The notes below the pieces were generated by a model. The model saw nothing but the letters and a program-made list of their open reading frames with translations, was not told the origin of the DNA and did no database searches. 64,000 bases of DNA from Octopus sinensis. Taxonomy: Eukaryota. Positions within the stretch are counted from its first letter, which is position 1. The number at the start of each line of letters is the position of its first letter. This document shows, one piece after another, positions 24,806 through 39,714 of this stretch. The stretch is from assembly GCF_006345805.1 (NCBI RefSeq), contig NC_043005.1, positions 81,716,001 to 81,780,000 on the forward strand, given 5' to 3'. A program made the translations under genes and the position numbers.

Positions 24806-25409
24806 AATCGATGACACTGATCCACTCACAAAGGCATTCGCATATATATATATATATACATCTATATGTAGAAATTCAGATGTATAAATATACATACGTA
24901 AGAGCAAAACACTTCACTTCACGTTGCTTTGCGGTGATTTGATGAATGGATTGATCTAACGTACAGCTGCACAGCGAATACATTTGATCTCCATAAACAA
25001 GGCTGATGCGTTGTCTTTGGAGGGAGGGTCCATCGTATATATGTTGGTAAGCATGAACACATATATAGTTAGAAATGGAGAGAAACATAGATTAACCAGA
25101 ACATCGATAGGATCATATTTAAAGCTTGTTTATTGATACAAACCAAGACATAACATGTACTAGTTAGTTTGTGTTTTCTCTCCATTTTCTAACTATTTGC
25201 ATTGGTTCCTGATAAAATTTTGTTTATCATATTGTCACCTGCGTTCGACGTGTATGGTGTCCCTGCACACCATAGCCCAGGGATAACACAGGTAACGGCT
25301 ACTGATAGTACATACGGATATGTTATCCCTTTGACGGTTAATACTTCTAACTCTATGCATGTGTGTGTATATATATATATACATATATATATATGTGTTT
25401 GTGTGTGTG

Positions 25410-25457
<48 letters not shown>

Positions 25458-25467
25458 TATGTGTGTG

Positions 25468-25511
<44 letters not shown>

Positions 25512-25523
25512 TATATGTGTGTG

Positions 25524-25572
<49 letters not shown>

Positions 25573-26119
25573 GTATGTATACATACACACACACATACGT
25601 ATATACACACATGGAACGATAATCATAGAATACGAAAATACAAATTCCAAGTTGTAGAAAAGAAATTTTCTTTCGGCTCATCATATTATTAGTAAGTTCA
25701 AATTTATAAACGAATTCCTTGTTATACTGAGATAAACAAGAGGCATTGTGATGATTTTAAAAATTTGAGCTATAGCTAAAAGATCTGGATCAAACTTTTG
25801 AGGTATAGAATAAGCAATGCATTAAAAACAGTTCGATTTCTTTTACTTTATATGCCTTGTCAAAAGCGTTTCTGTAAATTCCTGAAACATGACTCACCAC
25901 AGCATTTGAGCATATCTAAATTTGCATCAGCGTTCTCAGATCACTAAATAGCACCGAGACAAAACGTTCTGTATAGGGGTGAGAGTCGGACTCTTACATT
26001 TGATATGGAATTAAGAATGTAGGTATTTAAACACACGTGCTTCAGAAGGCTGTTATGCATCTCATACATAGAACACAAAAACAATATGCTGACAGACAGA
26101 AGCCTCTTCTTGGTAGATA

Positions 26120-26400
26120 AAATGGTCGAAGCTCCCTGGTAGGGCCACGTATCCCACCACAACACTCTGTTCAAAACCATGCTGCAGAGCGCAGTTTTAA
26201 GAAACGCTTATGAGAGGCAGGTAGGGAAAATCCTGGTAGGACAACACAGGACTTGTCATAACACTGCAATACGGCTACACATGAAACAGAAGAGAGACTA
26301 GTGTCGGCGGTTAACCGCAAAAGCATTATCGAAGACTAGCTGCACCAGTTAAAGGGACTAGATGATGACTATGATGAAGAGGATGATGACGATGATGAGG
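26120..26400 (+). mobile_element. Decayed RTE-clade LINE 3' fragment
   Basis: Reads W*GHVSHHNTLFKTMLQSAV...GKSW*DN, followed by a (GAT)n-like tail. Confidence 0.65.
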
Positions 26401-26663
26401 ATGATGATGTAGATGAAACAGAACCTCTTGGGCTTTCATATTACAGGCGATTTAATCGACAACAAATATTCAGCCTGATCATACTCAAAGTGTATTAATT
26501 ATTCTACTGTTTATGATCGTTACGTAATTCCTATACACGCAATGTTATTCCATTAATTAAAGTATGTTAAACTAATTATGAAGCTTTATGCAATTGTATA
26601 GAACTCGCTTATGAATGGATCCAAGTGAACGCTACTTTATGCACCAAAGCTTTAAAGTTACTA

Positions 26664-26700
<37 letters not shown>

Positions 26701-26732
26701 TATTATTATCTTTATTATTATTAATCATATGA

Positions 26733-26763
<31 letters not shown>

Positions 26764-27051
26764 AAGAAGAAGAAGAAAATGAAAAAGAAGAAGAAGAAGA
26801 ATATCATCATTATTATTTGTTTTTGTTGTCATCGTTATCACTACTTGTTTAATTCAGTAATCGAATAATCGAAGCTAAATGTGTATGATACGATTCTAAA
26901 CAGCAAACTATTGCCGCCTATTTTTTTTATTTTTGAGGAATGTAAACAATTTTGTTCCGTCTATAAATAGTTTACTTTACGATATCCATCCATCCATCCA
27001 TCCATACTTATATACATACATTATATATACTTACACATACACACGTGTCTG

Positions 27052-27108
<57 letters not shown>

Positions 27109-28199
27109 TTATGCACACATAGACATATGTATATATCTTTTCTTGCTTGTTTCACCCATTAGACTGCGGCCATACTAGATCATCGTCTTGAAGAAATTTT
27201 AATCGTATGAAACAACCCCCCCCCCAGAATTTGACTCGCTTTTATGTCCACACCAACACGTGTATGTGATATTTGTAAAGATATTGCAAAATGTACAAAG
27301 TAATAATAAAAGCTGAAGTCTAGAATTGCCTAATCTCGTCTCCAGATCAAGCTATCAGTTTCACAATGATATTAAAATATTCAGTATATTGGTGCCCAGC
27401 TGCATGGTTGATACGAATGAAAGAATAAAAGAATCTGTGAAGGCGCTGTCAGCTGTTGTACATTCATCGTTATGAAAATGCTAGTTAATATTTGTAATTA
27501 TTTCAGACCACAGGTTCTAAAAATAGATAATACCAGTTAAAATTGCGCAACAACAGAAGAAAAAGTGATCACGCTTTCGCAGAAGTAAGCCTGTCAGCGG
27601 ATCTAATACATAACATAGTCTATTCCAGTGAGTATTGCGTCAATCTCTCAAACGACAAAGAATAAAGAAAAAGTGTTACATAGCTACTGGGTCATTGATA
27701 TTATATAATATGATATAAAACATGTGGATCATATGCAAGGTGGTAAAAATATGTATTACCTTAAAGGTATTTACAGGGAATTGTGTGGATAATGCTAACG
27801 ACGGCGACAACGATGAGGAGAATGAGGACAATGCCGATGAAGAATCAGGTATTAGTATTAGAAAGAGATAGATAAAGATAAAGTCTGGAAATACTTGGAG
27901 TGCTCAATAATACTGCATCTGCAATTAACACCTTAGCACATCTACAATGCATACGTCTAAGAAAATGACAGCCAAGGGAAAATATAGTCTAATTAAGGGG
28001 TATATAAGCCCTAGAAATGGGGAGGCTACTTCGCTGGTGTAAAAGTAACAGAGTCGTGTTAACAGAAGGATGTGGGTTCGACTCGCACGCGGAAAAGAAA
28101 GCCTTCCCTTTTTCTGTCGGGGTCTTATCTGCCCCTTTATTCGATTATTTTCCTTAGTCATTGCACGTTGATCGCCATGATCTTAAGCTTATATAAAAA

Positions 28200-28225
28200 T
28201 ACCATCATATATATATATATATATC

Positions 28226-28300
<75 letters not shown>

Positions 28301-28302
28301 GT

Positions 28303-28352
<50 letters not shown>

Positions 28353-28437
28353 GTATATATATGTATAATATATATATGTATATATATGTATATATATATG
28401 TATATATATGTATATAATATATGTATATATATGTATA

Positions 28438-28478
<41 letters not shown>

Positions 28479-28620
28479 GTATATTATATATATATGTATA
28501 TATATGTATATATATATGTATATGTATATATTATATATATATATAATATATATACATACATATACTTATGTACATATATATGTACGTATGCATATATTAT
28601 ATATATATATATATACATAT
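28200..28620. repeat. Long degenerate (TA)n/(TATG)n array
   Basis: Directly visible. Confidence 0.95.
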
Positions 28621-29011
28621 GGATTGTTCGTTTATCTAATACGTATTATATTTCTAAGGCGACATCAGTATGAGGAATATATTTCACCGACAATATATTA
28701 TACTGTGAATCCTTCAACATGAAATGAATGAAAATGCAGAACAATTGTAGGAAATAATATAAGTTGGTTGGTTGGAAAATTATAAAAAAAAGACAGTTAA
28801 ATATTGCAAATAAAGCAAATATAAAATAAAGACAAAAATATAATCAATACTTGTATGCGGTATGCGGATATGAAAATAAAACTCATATATAGGAGTGGTG
28901 CATGTATGATCATGCGCTCGCAGATACATTCATGCACGCATTCAATTATATGAATTAATGTATGTAAATATTATATATATACACACATACACACACACAT
29001 ATATATAATAT

Positions 29012-29063
<52 letters not shown>

Positions 29064-29114
29064 ACATATATACAATGAATATCAATCTATCTATCTCTTT
29101 CTCTCTATCTTTAC

Positions 29115-29175
<61 letters not shown>

Positions 29176-29776
29176 TATGTACATATGTATGTGTTAAAAG
29201 TATATGTGAATTCATGCCTATCCATCTATATGTATCTTTATATATCTATCTATATATATATATATTATATATATATATATACCTACACACAGAAACAGAA
29301 ACACAGCAACACGTGCACATGGAGGTTGTTACAACGCAATGTGTAATTCGATATGTTAAGCAAGTTAAACGAAATAACATATGGAATAATTTTTAAGAGG
29401 TTTTCAAATGTGAAATTATAAAAACGTTACAATATCTGCAAAGCTAAAATATTCTTCATACCTTTAATTACATTCCATTCACTATTGATATGTTTTTGCA
29501 AGAACGCTATCGAATATTCATCTGGTTGTTAATGTTATAATTTAAATATTAGAAATATGCCTAGCATGGACATAACCATCTCGTTGCAACCTCATATGTG
29601 TTTGTCGGAGTATTCTCATTTATGCTGTTCTCAATCGCATTTTCACATCGTTACTTTTTTTTCATCACCAATCTATATAACTTTAAGCTTACATACATAT
29701 ATACATATTACATGTATATGCGTACATACATACGCGTATATGTATGCATGTCATATGTAAGTATGACTGCATATAT

Positions 29777-30083
29777 ATCACCGTGATCACCGTGACCGAC
29801 CAGGCTATCAGAAGTTGCTACACATCGCTGGTCACAATGCGCTTCGCATTGTTTTAGCCTTCAAATGACGCCACTCTGCTGGCTAAGCGAGAAGGCGAAG
29901 AGAAGAAAGAGTGAGAGAAAGTTGTGGCGAAAGAGTACAGCAGGGATCGCCAACACTCACTGCCGGAGCATCATGGAGTTATAGGTGTTTTCGGTCAATG
30001 AACACTAACAACGACCGGTCTAGGAATCGAAACCGCGATCCCACGACTGCGAGTCCGCTGCCCTAACCACTGGGACATTGCGC
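29777..30083 (-). mobile_element. tRNA-derived SINE family D
   Basis: Minus strand cgcaatgtcccagtggttagggcagcggactcgcagtcgtgggatcgcggtttcgattcc (A/B boxes); shares gagagaaagttgtggc.aaagagt with 34655-34930. Confidence 0.85.
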
Positions 30084-30329
30084 GAAATTATGTATATATA
30101 TATATATATATATATATCGTATGTATGTGTGTGTATGAGTGTGTGATTTTACGTGTATATTATGGGTGAGAAGTGCGAAGAAAGTCGTAGAATAGATAAA
30201 CCTCGAGTTAACGCTCGAAGCAGCCCTTTTTCCTTAAAAAATGTCGTCGGAATAGGGGGGAATAATACTGAGGAACAAGGGAAAGCCATAAGACCATAGA
30301 TCAACTTATGTACATACACACACACATAC

Positions 30330-30454
<125 letters not shown>

Positions 30455-30665
30455 TACATGTGTGTGTTTGTTTGTGCGTGCGTGTGTGTGTTATTTCAAA
30501 AATCACCAAAATCGTATCTTTATCATTCCAGAAATATATCTCTCAATCCCAGATTTCACACGCTACCATCACCTTTTTACTATCGTTTATATTGCTTCTC
30601 TATATAAGTATATATTTATACAACATGCGTGCTTTGTTAGCGAAAAAGTGAAAAAATGACAAGAA

Positions 30666-30703
<38 letters not shown>

Positions 30704-30980
30704 TATATATAAATATATATATATATACGTAGGGGAAAATATGAATCCGGCGATATAAAGTAGCAGTGTTTCACGTTCTACTATTATAACGTAGATTCAA
30801 TTTTCGTTTTAAAATGTATTTTATGCACAAAACAATAACAATAAAACATATTTTCGTATGAACGTGAATTTCTTAATAAGATTGGTAACTTTTTATTGAA
30901 TTATATTAATCGTAATATTCAAATGTTTGCTCCCCTTCGCAATAAAGCGACAGATTTCAGGTATCGCTGTGTGAATGTAG

Positions 30981-31046
30981 TTCCTAGAAAGCATGATAAT
31001 ATAAATCATGTATTTCCTAGAAAGCATGATAATATAATTCATATTT
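30981..31046. repeat. 33-bp tandem duplication
   Basis: ttcctagaaagcatgataatataa(a/t)tcat occurs twice, head to tail. Confidence 0.85.
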
Positions 31047-31239
31047 CTAAATGTTCATCTAGTTTAACCCCAACTTCCTAACATTTGACTGATTTAGAGA
31101 TGTGATTTCAAATGCAAAGATGGCCATCTCTTCTGAAAATCAATCGTAGATTTTTCTGATACATTTAATCTCTGATGCTCTTTCTTAGCTGCTTACACCA
31201 TAAAAACAGTGATTGGTATATGAACTTCATTTTATTAAA

Positions 31240-31478
31240 CAGCTGTCTGGCGGAATCGTTAGTATGTCGAGCGAAATGCTTAGCAGTATTTCGTCCGCCG
31301 CTGTGTTCTGAGTTCGAATTCCGCCGAGGTCGACTTTGCCTTTCATCCTTTCGGGGTCGATTAAGTAAGTACCAGTTACGCATTGGGGTCGATATAATCC
31401 ACTTAATCCGTCTGTCTGTTCTTGTTTGTCCTCTCTATGTTTAGCCCCTTGTGGGTAGTAAATAAATAGGTATTTCGC
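31240..31478 (+). mobile_element. SINE family B copy with the long tail
   Basis: Near-consensus head and body; ends ttgtgggtagtaaataaataggtatttcg. Confidence 0.9.
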
Positions 31479-31544
31479 TTGACCTAATTCACAATTTTAG
31501 AATCAATCCTGGAAACCCCGTACTTGGCTTGTACTTATTCTATT

Positions 31545-31860
31545 TTCGTGGGAATAGCTACTTACTTGTACTTCCAGTGGATATTACCCGGACTGAGTGG
31601 ATCCGGCTCCGACCAACGATTTCTAAATATCTTTCACATATGCTGACCACATTTGTCGGTCGGCCGCAGTCCAGGCTTACTCGATATCCACTGACGGTCC
31701 TAATGCCCAAGACCATAGATTCAGAGGAGGCTTAAATGTGTCTCCACATGCACCTTTAGCGTTGCCAGCCACGCCTTCAGTTGTCCTCAAACTCGTCTGC
31801 GCCAGCCTTCGAGTGGGAGAGCAAGGTTGTTTCATGGGAATAAGTATAGTTTGACTCAAA
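31545..31860 (-). mobile_element. RTE-clade LINE 3' end
   Basis: Minus frame LPLEGWRRRV*GQLKAWLATLKVHVE...IYGL...QWIS, then an aagtacaagtaagt tail. Confidence 0.7.
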
Positions 31861-32103
31861 ATCAGGGAAAATTTAATTATACGTATTTAAACACTGCAGG
31901 AGATTCTATTCCTTATCCGTTTCTGATAATCTCCTTATTTTTAAGTATACTAATATAATATTTGCAGATTTTATATAAATATTTATATGATGGACGAGTG
32001 GATTGAATTTAGTTAAATAAAACTTGGAATTTCAAAGGATGAATTTTGTGTCAAAATCGCGGTGATAAGGAAACGCGAAGCAACAATTGGAATCATTATG
32101 TAG

Positions 32104-32490
32104 TGGACGTTATCAAAGAAGCTTGAGAGGCGGTTGGATGGAACCTACACTCGCCTCCTTATGAGAGCTCAAAATCTCTCGTGGAAGCGCCATCCAACCA
32201 AAATGCAAATATATGGGAAACTACCACCTGTGTCATCTCTTGTGAAAGGTAGGAGAGTCCAGTTTGCTGGACATTGTTGTAGAGCTGAAAAAGAAGTAAT
32301 TTCTACTCTTCTTCTCTGGAAGCCATCTACTCGCAATACCAGAGGGCGCACACTCTCCTACCCTGATGTAATCTCCAGGAATACAGGCATCCAGCAACAG
32401 GACCTCCGTAATGCCATGATGGACCGTGAAGTCTGGCGTAGCATGGTAAATTCCATTGTCTCGACCACGGTCGAACAATGATGATGATGA
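32104..32490 (+). mobile_element. RTE-clade LINE 3' end, well preserved
   Basis: WTLSKKLERRLDGTYTRLLMRAQNLSWKRHPT...RRVQFAGHCCR...LLLWKP...MMDREVWRSMVNSIVSTTVEQ* with a (TGA)n tail. Confidence 0.9.
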
Positions 32491-32840
32491 GTGAACGTAG
32501 CAAATCGAACATATGGCCTGATATTGCGTAGCTATTGTGTTTAAAGATGGATAGAGCCAGGAGATAAATGTATTTCCATCCACTTATTTAACACTTCGGA
32601 TCAGAAATTGTTTTTAAAGTGCTTGTGAATCTATGGATGAATATGGAAAAACAAATGCAGCTATGTTGTAATATACATGACTACATAGATGGAAATATGT
32701 CTCCATATCTCTGTATATGTGTATGCACGTGTGAATGTGTGTGTGTGTGTGTATGTCTGTATACAGATATATAGATAGATATATTTATGTATACATATTA
32801 ATGCATATACATACATGTACTTATATATATATATACATAT

Positions 32841-32871
<31 letters not shown>

Positions 32872-34247
32872 CATATATATATACATATGTGTGTATGTGT
32901 ATATATATATAAACGCACATATATATATATATATATATATAAAACACACCGCATATGACTAGAGCATTTTGAATTCTTTCTTAAAGTAAAAACAAATAAA
33001 GAAAAATATACACATGAAAATATTTGTGCATTTCTCAAATAACTGTATTTCAGCAAATGGCACATTCAAGTTGGACTATTTTCCGTAAAATAAATTATTA
33101 ATTAAACACCCTGAAGTTATATCATCACACATCTGAGAAAATATATGATGACTGTTGTGTTGGGATGTTCGAGTGTATGGATGCGTTAAAAGAAAGTAAA
33201 AAAACAAAAATCAGTAGAGTTAAAGGATCCCGGCTGTTTCAATTATGCGCTGAACTAAACAGCCCACTCATTTTCTTAAAGTACATTCTACTGAACTGAG
33301 TTTCGAAGTTAATGCCTTTCGAGGTATTAGTACCTGTGAACTAGTTTAAATATTGAAGAAATCGTTTAAACGATATAAACTTTTAGAACTAATATAGTAG
33401 TATAACAATTCACATCTATTAGATTAACAAACAGTTAAACGTAGTAAAATTTTTATGGCCTGACAACAACTGTAAATTTTCAAAAATAGCCAGAAATAAA
33501 CTTTTAAAAAATAGAGAGATAGCATATTCTAGCGACGCTTACAATGGCAATGCGATGCAGACTATTCATAATATATAATATTTCATATACCGTTTTCCTT
33601 TATTTAAAAAAAAATGTATGACAAAGAGATTCTTTTTCTTGAATGGGTATTCGTGTTGCTTAGTATCTAAATGTATCTGCCTTGTTAATTTGTATTTTTA
33701 TTTTAGATTATCGTATTGTTTCAAGAATTCGTAAATATATAAGTAACCGTAGTGGTGCGTTAAGAGATCTCAGCTTCAAAACTCTATTTAACCGATTGCT
33801 CTATAATACCATAATGGGGAGAGTAGAAACAGCACCAAGGCAAGCAAAAATAAGCGTAGTCAGCACCAATGTTCTACCAGTACTACAAAGATGCACATGA
33901 GGTTTTGGTAAAAAATATGGGGGCAAAAATTTATAAGACCTCAGATGTATAGTGGAACGGAATAACGAAAATTCCACCAGTATTACCACAGCCCTGAGAT
34001 TGATAATCCAGCAGCCAACACCAGAACCAATATTGCACCCACCACAAAAAAGTCCTAACATGGCGTGTAAATCCAACATATTTTAGTGCATCGGAATATC
34101 CTCTTGTTGAGCACCAGAGTATGACAATAGAGAAAATAACGAAACAAAATATGACGTATAAACATGTGCATATATTCATGTGTACATGCATCTATGTATT
34201 CATGTATGAATGCATATATGAATGTGTTCATGCATAAATGCATCGGT

Positions 34248-34283
<36 letters not shown>

Positions 34284-34654
34284 CTCGTGTGTATTCTATG
34301 TATACGTAGATGAATACACTTGAAAATAATATTTTGATGATGGATACCACTGACACTTAGTACCTAGACACGAATGGAAAATATATAAAAAAGTAACAAC
34401 CACTCTGAAACCATAGGAAAGTACACGTCCACCAAAGAAATATACGCATATAGAAATTCATAGTCTCATATATACATATGCACCCATTTGCACTTATGAA
34501 TATAGGGTGTGGCATTATGTAGCCTAAAGTTCAAAATCTAAACGTCCTCTACAGGGCAATATACACAGACACAACGGTAGTCACCATAAAATATGTTTGC
34601 ATTTCATCACCACCTTACTTAGTGAAAAATCATGAATATGCACACATTGTAGAT

Positions 34655-34930
34655 ACAAATGTTTGTTCTTCCCGAGCCACGCCCGGCTCATAAGGACCGT
34701 TTCCCGGTTACCTTGGCGTATAGGTTCTCCACCTGGACGGGAAGCCGGTCCGTTGCAGGTGAGCTGCAAGATGCTGGAGGAAAGAGAGAGAAAGTTGTGG
34801 CAAAAGAGTCAGCAGAAGTTCGCCATTACCTTCTGCCGGAGCCGCGTAGAGCTTAGGTGTTTCGCTCATAAACATACACATCGCCCGGTCTGAGATTCGA
34901 ACCCGCGATCCCACTAGGCCATGTGCCTCC
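34655..34930 (-). mobile_element. tRNA-derived SINE, family D relative
   Basis: Minus head tggaggcacatggcctagtgggatcgcgggttcgaatctcagaccgggcg; central block shared with 29777-30083. Confidence 0.8.
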
Positions 34931-35719
34931 ATGTAGATATAAATAATAGTTACACAGAATGAAAAGAATAACAAGTGTGTGAGTGATAGCGAAGGAAGGG
35001 TACATCGACATCGATAATTTTAACAGACTAAAGGAAAAATGACTTTTATAATTTAATTATTTAATTAATTAACTAACTAATTACTCAATTAGTTTAATAA
35101 TAAAACTGCAGGAAAACACAACCAGTGCGTGGGATTTAAAAGGCAACATGCCCCATCAGCTATAAAACAGTATCTCCTTCAACACAGGATTTCACATCAG
35201 CAGATTGAAAGATTAATACGGAAAAGAATATATGCATGTGTGTGAGGGGATGCGTGTCTGCATTAGCATGTCTCAGTATGTGTGTATCTGAATGCACTAC
35301 ATAACATTTAATAAAATCGTAAATATAAAAAATAGTTAAACACCATTCCGATTTGTGTATTTGGTGTGTAAGTTTCTTAAAGTGAATTTGCGTGTTGGAA
35401 TACATTTTGATGCATCTTGAAATGGATTGGGCACTATGTTAATTATAAACGCACGCACTGGTTCTATCTGGTTATTATTATTAGTAAATTCGTTTGCATT
35501 TCTTCAATTAATTAATCGATTCTTTGATAAATCGTTGGGTCTCTCAATCAATCAGTCTACTAAGAAAGAGTTATAAAACCTTTTGTCGGATAACATTAAA
35601 CATATGATTACGTTATGTTGTTCTCTTCGTAGACAGAAAAAAAAAGAATACTGTTCGGCCATAAATCGCACATGTGGTAACATACGCCACACTTAAACTT
35701 CTACCAGGAAAAGAAAATT

Positions 35720-35910
35720 TTGCAAATCGGTATAAATAGATATATATAATATTTTTTCTGTAATGAGATAAAAAAACATGGGTGTGTAGATTTTAGAACA
35801 TTTATAAATAGAAGGTCTTACAGCTGTTTCTAGGATATTTATTATATCTCTTCATCAGAGACGGTGTGAGAAGATGGTTAAGCAATAGTAAATTTAGATA
35901 AGATACGAAA
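35720..35910 (-). mobile_element. Short element carrying a hammerhead ribozyme (Penelope pseudo-LTR-like)
   Basis: Contains the 35815-35862 motif; abuts TA-rich sequence; boundaries approximate. Confidence 0.5.
35815..35862 (-). ncRNA. Minimal type I hammerhead ribozyme
   Basis: Minus strand GUCU CUGAUGA A GAGAUAU AAUAA AUAUCCU A GAAA CAGCUG UA AGAC: intact core, helix I GUCU/AGAC, palindromic helix III ACAGCUGU. Confidence 0.75.
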
Positions 35911-36311
35911 TAGAGAGTGAGGTGCATGAATGGGTCTTACTGGCACCATTACCTCTCATAACCTCTATTTCTCTCTCACTCTATCTCTATCTCTCTCTCC
36001 ATATATATATATATGGTGCTACACTGAACGCTTCTGGTAAAAGCTAAATTTCTTTGAAAAATATATTTAAAAAATATAATGTGCTCTGACAATCACAAAT
36101 GGCTAAGTATTTCGTAGAAGTGTATATTGAACTGTCATTTATGTTCTTCATACCGAAATGACGTAAATAAAAGTCGCCAGCGGCCGATTTTGAACTCAGG
36201 AGTTAAAACCACGCAAGCCAATAATGAATGAACGTTTTATGCAGGTCTCTAAAGTTTTCGCCATTTTACTGGCATATGCTATCACTTTTTGTAAGCACTT
36301 ATACACTGTAT

Positions 36312-36377
<66 letters not shown>

Positions 36378-36627
36378 ATGAGAGAGAGAGATGTGTCTTT
36401 TTGTGTGGGGGTATGTATATATATATATATATATATGTACATATATATAAACATGCATACATATCATACACATGTATACGTAAAAATACAGTGTACACTG
36501 TATTTATATATATTTATATGAAAGATATATAGTCTATTGACTAAATGTTTTACACGCTAGACCACTGGTAATTGAAATTTCTAATATTTCAGATTACCCT
36601 TTGGTATTATTAATTATGGATACGTAT

Positions 36628-36673
<46 letters not shown>

Positions 36674-37249
36674 TTGTATGTATGTATATATGTATGTATG
36701 CATGTATGTATGTATGCATACATGCCTACTTACATACATTCTCCCTTGGATGCATACGTGCATGGATACATACCCATGCATACCCATACACACCGTAATA
36801 TTGAATTCCAGCAGCCGTAAACATCTTCAAATCGTGCGAAGAACATTTGATAAAGCGAATTTCAACACTACTTACATTTTTGCCCCCAAGAATGATAAAA
36901 GGAGGAGTCGACTATAGCTAGATTTGAACTAAGTCTTTAAAAGGAACATTATATCCGGTACACTGCTTGATCTTCCATAAAAGTGCCTCTGTTTCTCTCT
37001 CTTTCTGCTATTCTCTCCTTATTTCTGTCTCTATCTCTCTGTTTCTGTGTTTCTCTTTTTCTCCTTTTTTTCTCCCTCCCTCTCTCTCTCTCTGTCTTTG
37101 ATACTCTACCACTCTACTTTGACGATCTGTCTTCATTATTATTTGCGAATGATAACTATGTTGTTGCTCTGAGCTACGATTTCTATCGCATCTGTTAGCT
37201 TTATGATATTTGCTAGCATTTTATTTGCGTATCTTTCAGCAGGATTCGG

Positions 37250-38020
37250 CAACAACAACAACAACAACAGCAGCTGCAACAACAATAATGGCAGCAGCAA
37301 CAAAAAACAAAACAAAAACAAAGACAATAACAACAACAAACTTTAGATTTGTTTTTCACCATTGCCATCGTCATCATCAACATCATCATCATCACGGTCA
37401 TTATAATCATCAGAAGCATCATAAACATAATCATCGTTGTCATTTCCAACACGGTCGTCGTCATCATCATTATCGCCATCGCAATCATCATTATCATCGA
37501 CAACAACACCATCATTACTATCAACACCATGACCAGCATAACCAGTATCATCCTTATCATCAGTGCCCTCGTCATATTTTTCTACTCCTTCTTCATTTTC
37601 TTCTCTTCCCCCTCCCCTCCTCCCTCTTCTTCTACTTCTTCTTCATCTTCCTTCATGTTTCTTCTTTATCATCTTGTGTTTTCCTTCTTCTTCAGCTTTT
37701 TCCTCGTCTTCTTCTACATCCTTCCTCTTTTCCTTTTTCTTTTCCTTCTTTTCTCTTTCTTTTCCTTCTTCGACTCTTCATCTTTCTTCTCCTTCTTCAT
37801 CTTTATTCTTTTACTTATTTTCCTTTTTTCCATCCTCTTTCTTCTTCTACTTCTTTTCTTTCTTTTCGTTCTTCATCTTTCTTCTTCTTCCTCAACTGCT
37901 TCATCTTCCTTCTATTCCTTCTTCGTCTTTCTTATTCTTCTTCTCCTTCTTCTTTTCGTTCTCCTTTTCTTTCTTTTTCTTCTTTTCCGTCTTCATCTTC
38001 TTCTTTTTCCTTCTTCAGCG
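37250..38020. repeat. Low-complexity (ACA)n/(CAT)n/(CTT)n tract
   Basis: Directly visible; source of the H-rich and F/S-rich ORFs. Confidence 0.9.
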
Positions 38021-38510
38021 GGTTACACAACTCACTGTGAGTACAATTAATGACTGGTCACTAACGAAATCAATAACAGTGGGTGAGAGTATGCATGATA
38101 ATGTACCTTCGTTCGCCACTGCGCATTACAGAATACGATTGTTAATGCGAGCACACACACACACACACACCACACACACACACACGATCGCTTTCGTAGG
38201 AGAGATAAAGATAGAGACATAAGGAAAGGGAGGGAAAGAGAGGCCAAGAAAGTTTGAGTCGAAGGCAGAGTAAACGGAAAAGAGAAAGAGAAAAAGAGAA
38301 AGAGAGACAGAGAAACAGCAACAGAAATAAAGTAGATAGAGAGAAAGAGAGATCGTAATAGAAACTGCCATATTTGTTATTTGGCTTTTCTTTTTAAGTA
38401 GTCCAATTGCTACCAAATCTACTATAAAGAGAGAGAAACCATTAGGAAATGTGGATGGCGGTTTAGATGAAAAACGAAGATAATTATATGATTGTTATTG
38501 CTTGAAGAGT

Positions 38511-38553
<43 letters not shown>

Positions 38554-39533
38554 GAAGAAGAACAAAAAGGAGAAGAAGAAGGGGGAGAAAAAGAAGAAGG
38601 AAAAGAAGAAAGGAGAAGAAGAAGAAGAAGAAAGACGAAGGTGGTTGATATCAATGCCACACACATATATATATGCATATATATATATTTATATCTATAT
38701 ATCTATATATCTATATATGCATATATATATATATATATATTTATATCTATATATCTATATATCAATATATATATATTTATACATACTTATATATGCTTAT
38801 ATATAAGTATAAATATATTATGTATATATATATTTATATATACACATATATACATATTTATATATACGTGTATATATGTATGTATGTGCGTGTTGCTATT
38901 GCTATTTTTAATTATCTCCGTTTTATTCTTGATGTTGCCGTTATATTCTTTATGTGTTTAATTTTCTCAAACTACCATCGTTTTTCGTTTGTTTGTTTTT
39001 TCTTCTTCTCGTTTTGCGATGTTTGGGGTTATTGTGGTGGCTGTGGTGGCGCTAGTAGCGCTGGTGGTGGTTGTGGCGGCGGCGGTGGAGGCAGTGGCGT
39101 TAGTGGTATTCGTGGCGGTGGTTGATATCAATGCTAAAGTTTTAGTCATCATCGTTAAATTTTTCTAAAATTGAAATTACGTCTGATGGACTTGAAGCAT
39201 GAAAATTAAAAGAATTCTAAGATTCTAGCGATATGAAGATGTTAAAGAGGTCTGCTTTTGAAATGGTTGAAAAACACCCATTAAACAGCTGTACGTGTTT
39301 TTCCTACCAGCCACTCGCAACCACTTCATGTGTTACTTGCCTTTTGCTAAGCAACCGAATATACTTGAATTTGCCAATATTTTGGAACGCTACGCTGTTC
39401 TCTTTACTTTCACTACCACCACTTCTTTGCTTTTAACATCATGACAGATGTATTAATTTGCGTCTGTGTGCACGTACTTTTTTATTTTTTGTGTTTGTAT
39501 ATGTGTGGGGTGTGTGCGCGCGCGTAATTATTG

Positions 39534-39571
<38 letters not shown>

Positions 39572-39669
39572 GAATATATATATAAATATAATAGCTATGT
39601 ATGTAAATATATATATGAATGCATATATGCATATATGTACCCATATATACACGCATATATGTAGAGGTA

Positions 39670-39714
<45 letters not shown>

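Noticed and set aside
25202-25350. Cadherin-like words PGITQVTATDS and an I-SceI/mito-16S-like word agggataaca
   Set aside because: Only short motif matches; no DxD/LDRE/DxNDN cadherin motifs, no splice acceptor and no flanking rRNA similarity.
28020-28095. tRNA gene (ggttcgactc B box)
   Set aside because: No cloverleaf or acceptor stem; at most a decayed SINE head.
31575-31693. Long imperfect hairpin (cagtggatat/atatccactg) as a novel ncRNA
   Set aside because: It lies wholly within the RTE LINE 3' end and is more simply part of that element.
33208-33252. Minus-strand CUGUUUA...GAAACAGCCG as a decayed hammerhead
   Set aside because: Two core changes and no helix II; equally explained by a simple ggctgttt/aaacagcc inverted repeat.
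37210-38222. 276-aa His-rich and 219-233-aa Phe/Ser-rich ORFs
   Set aside because: Low-complexity CAT/CTT repeats.
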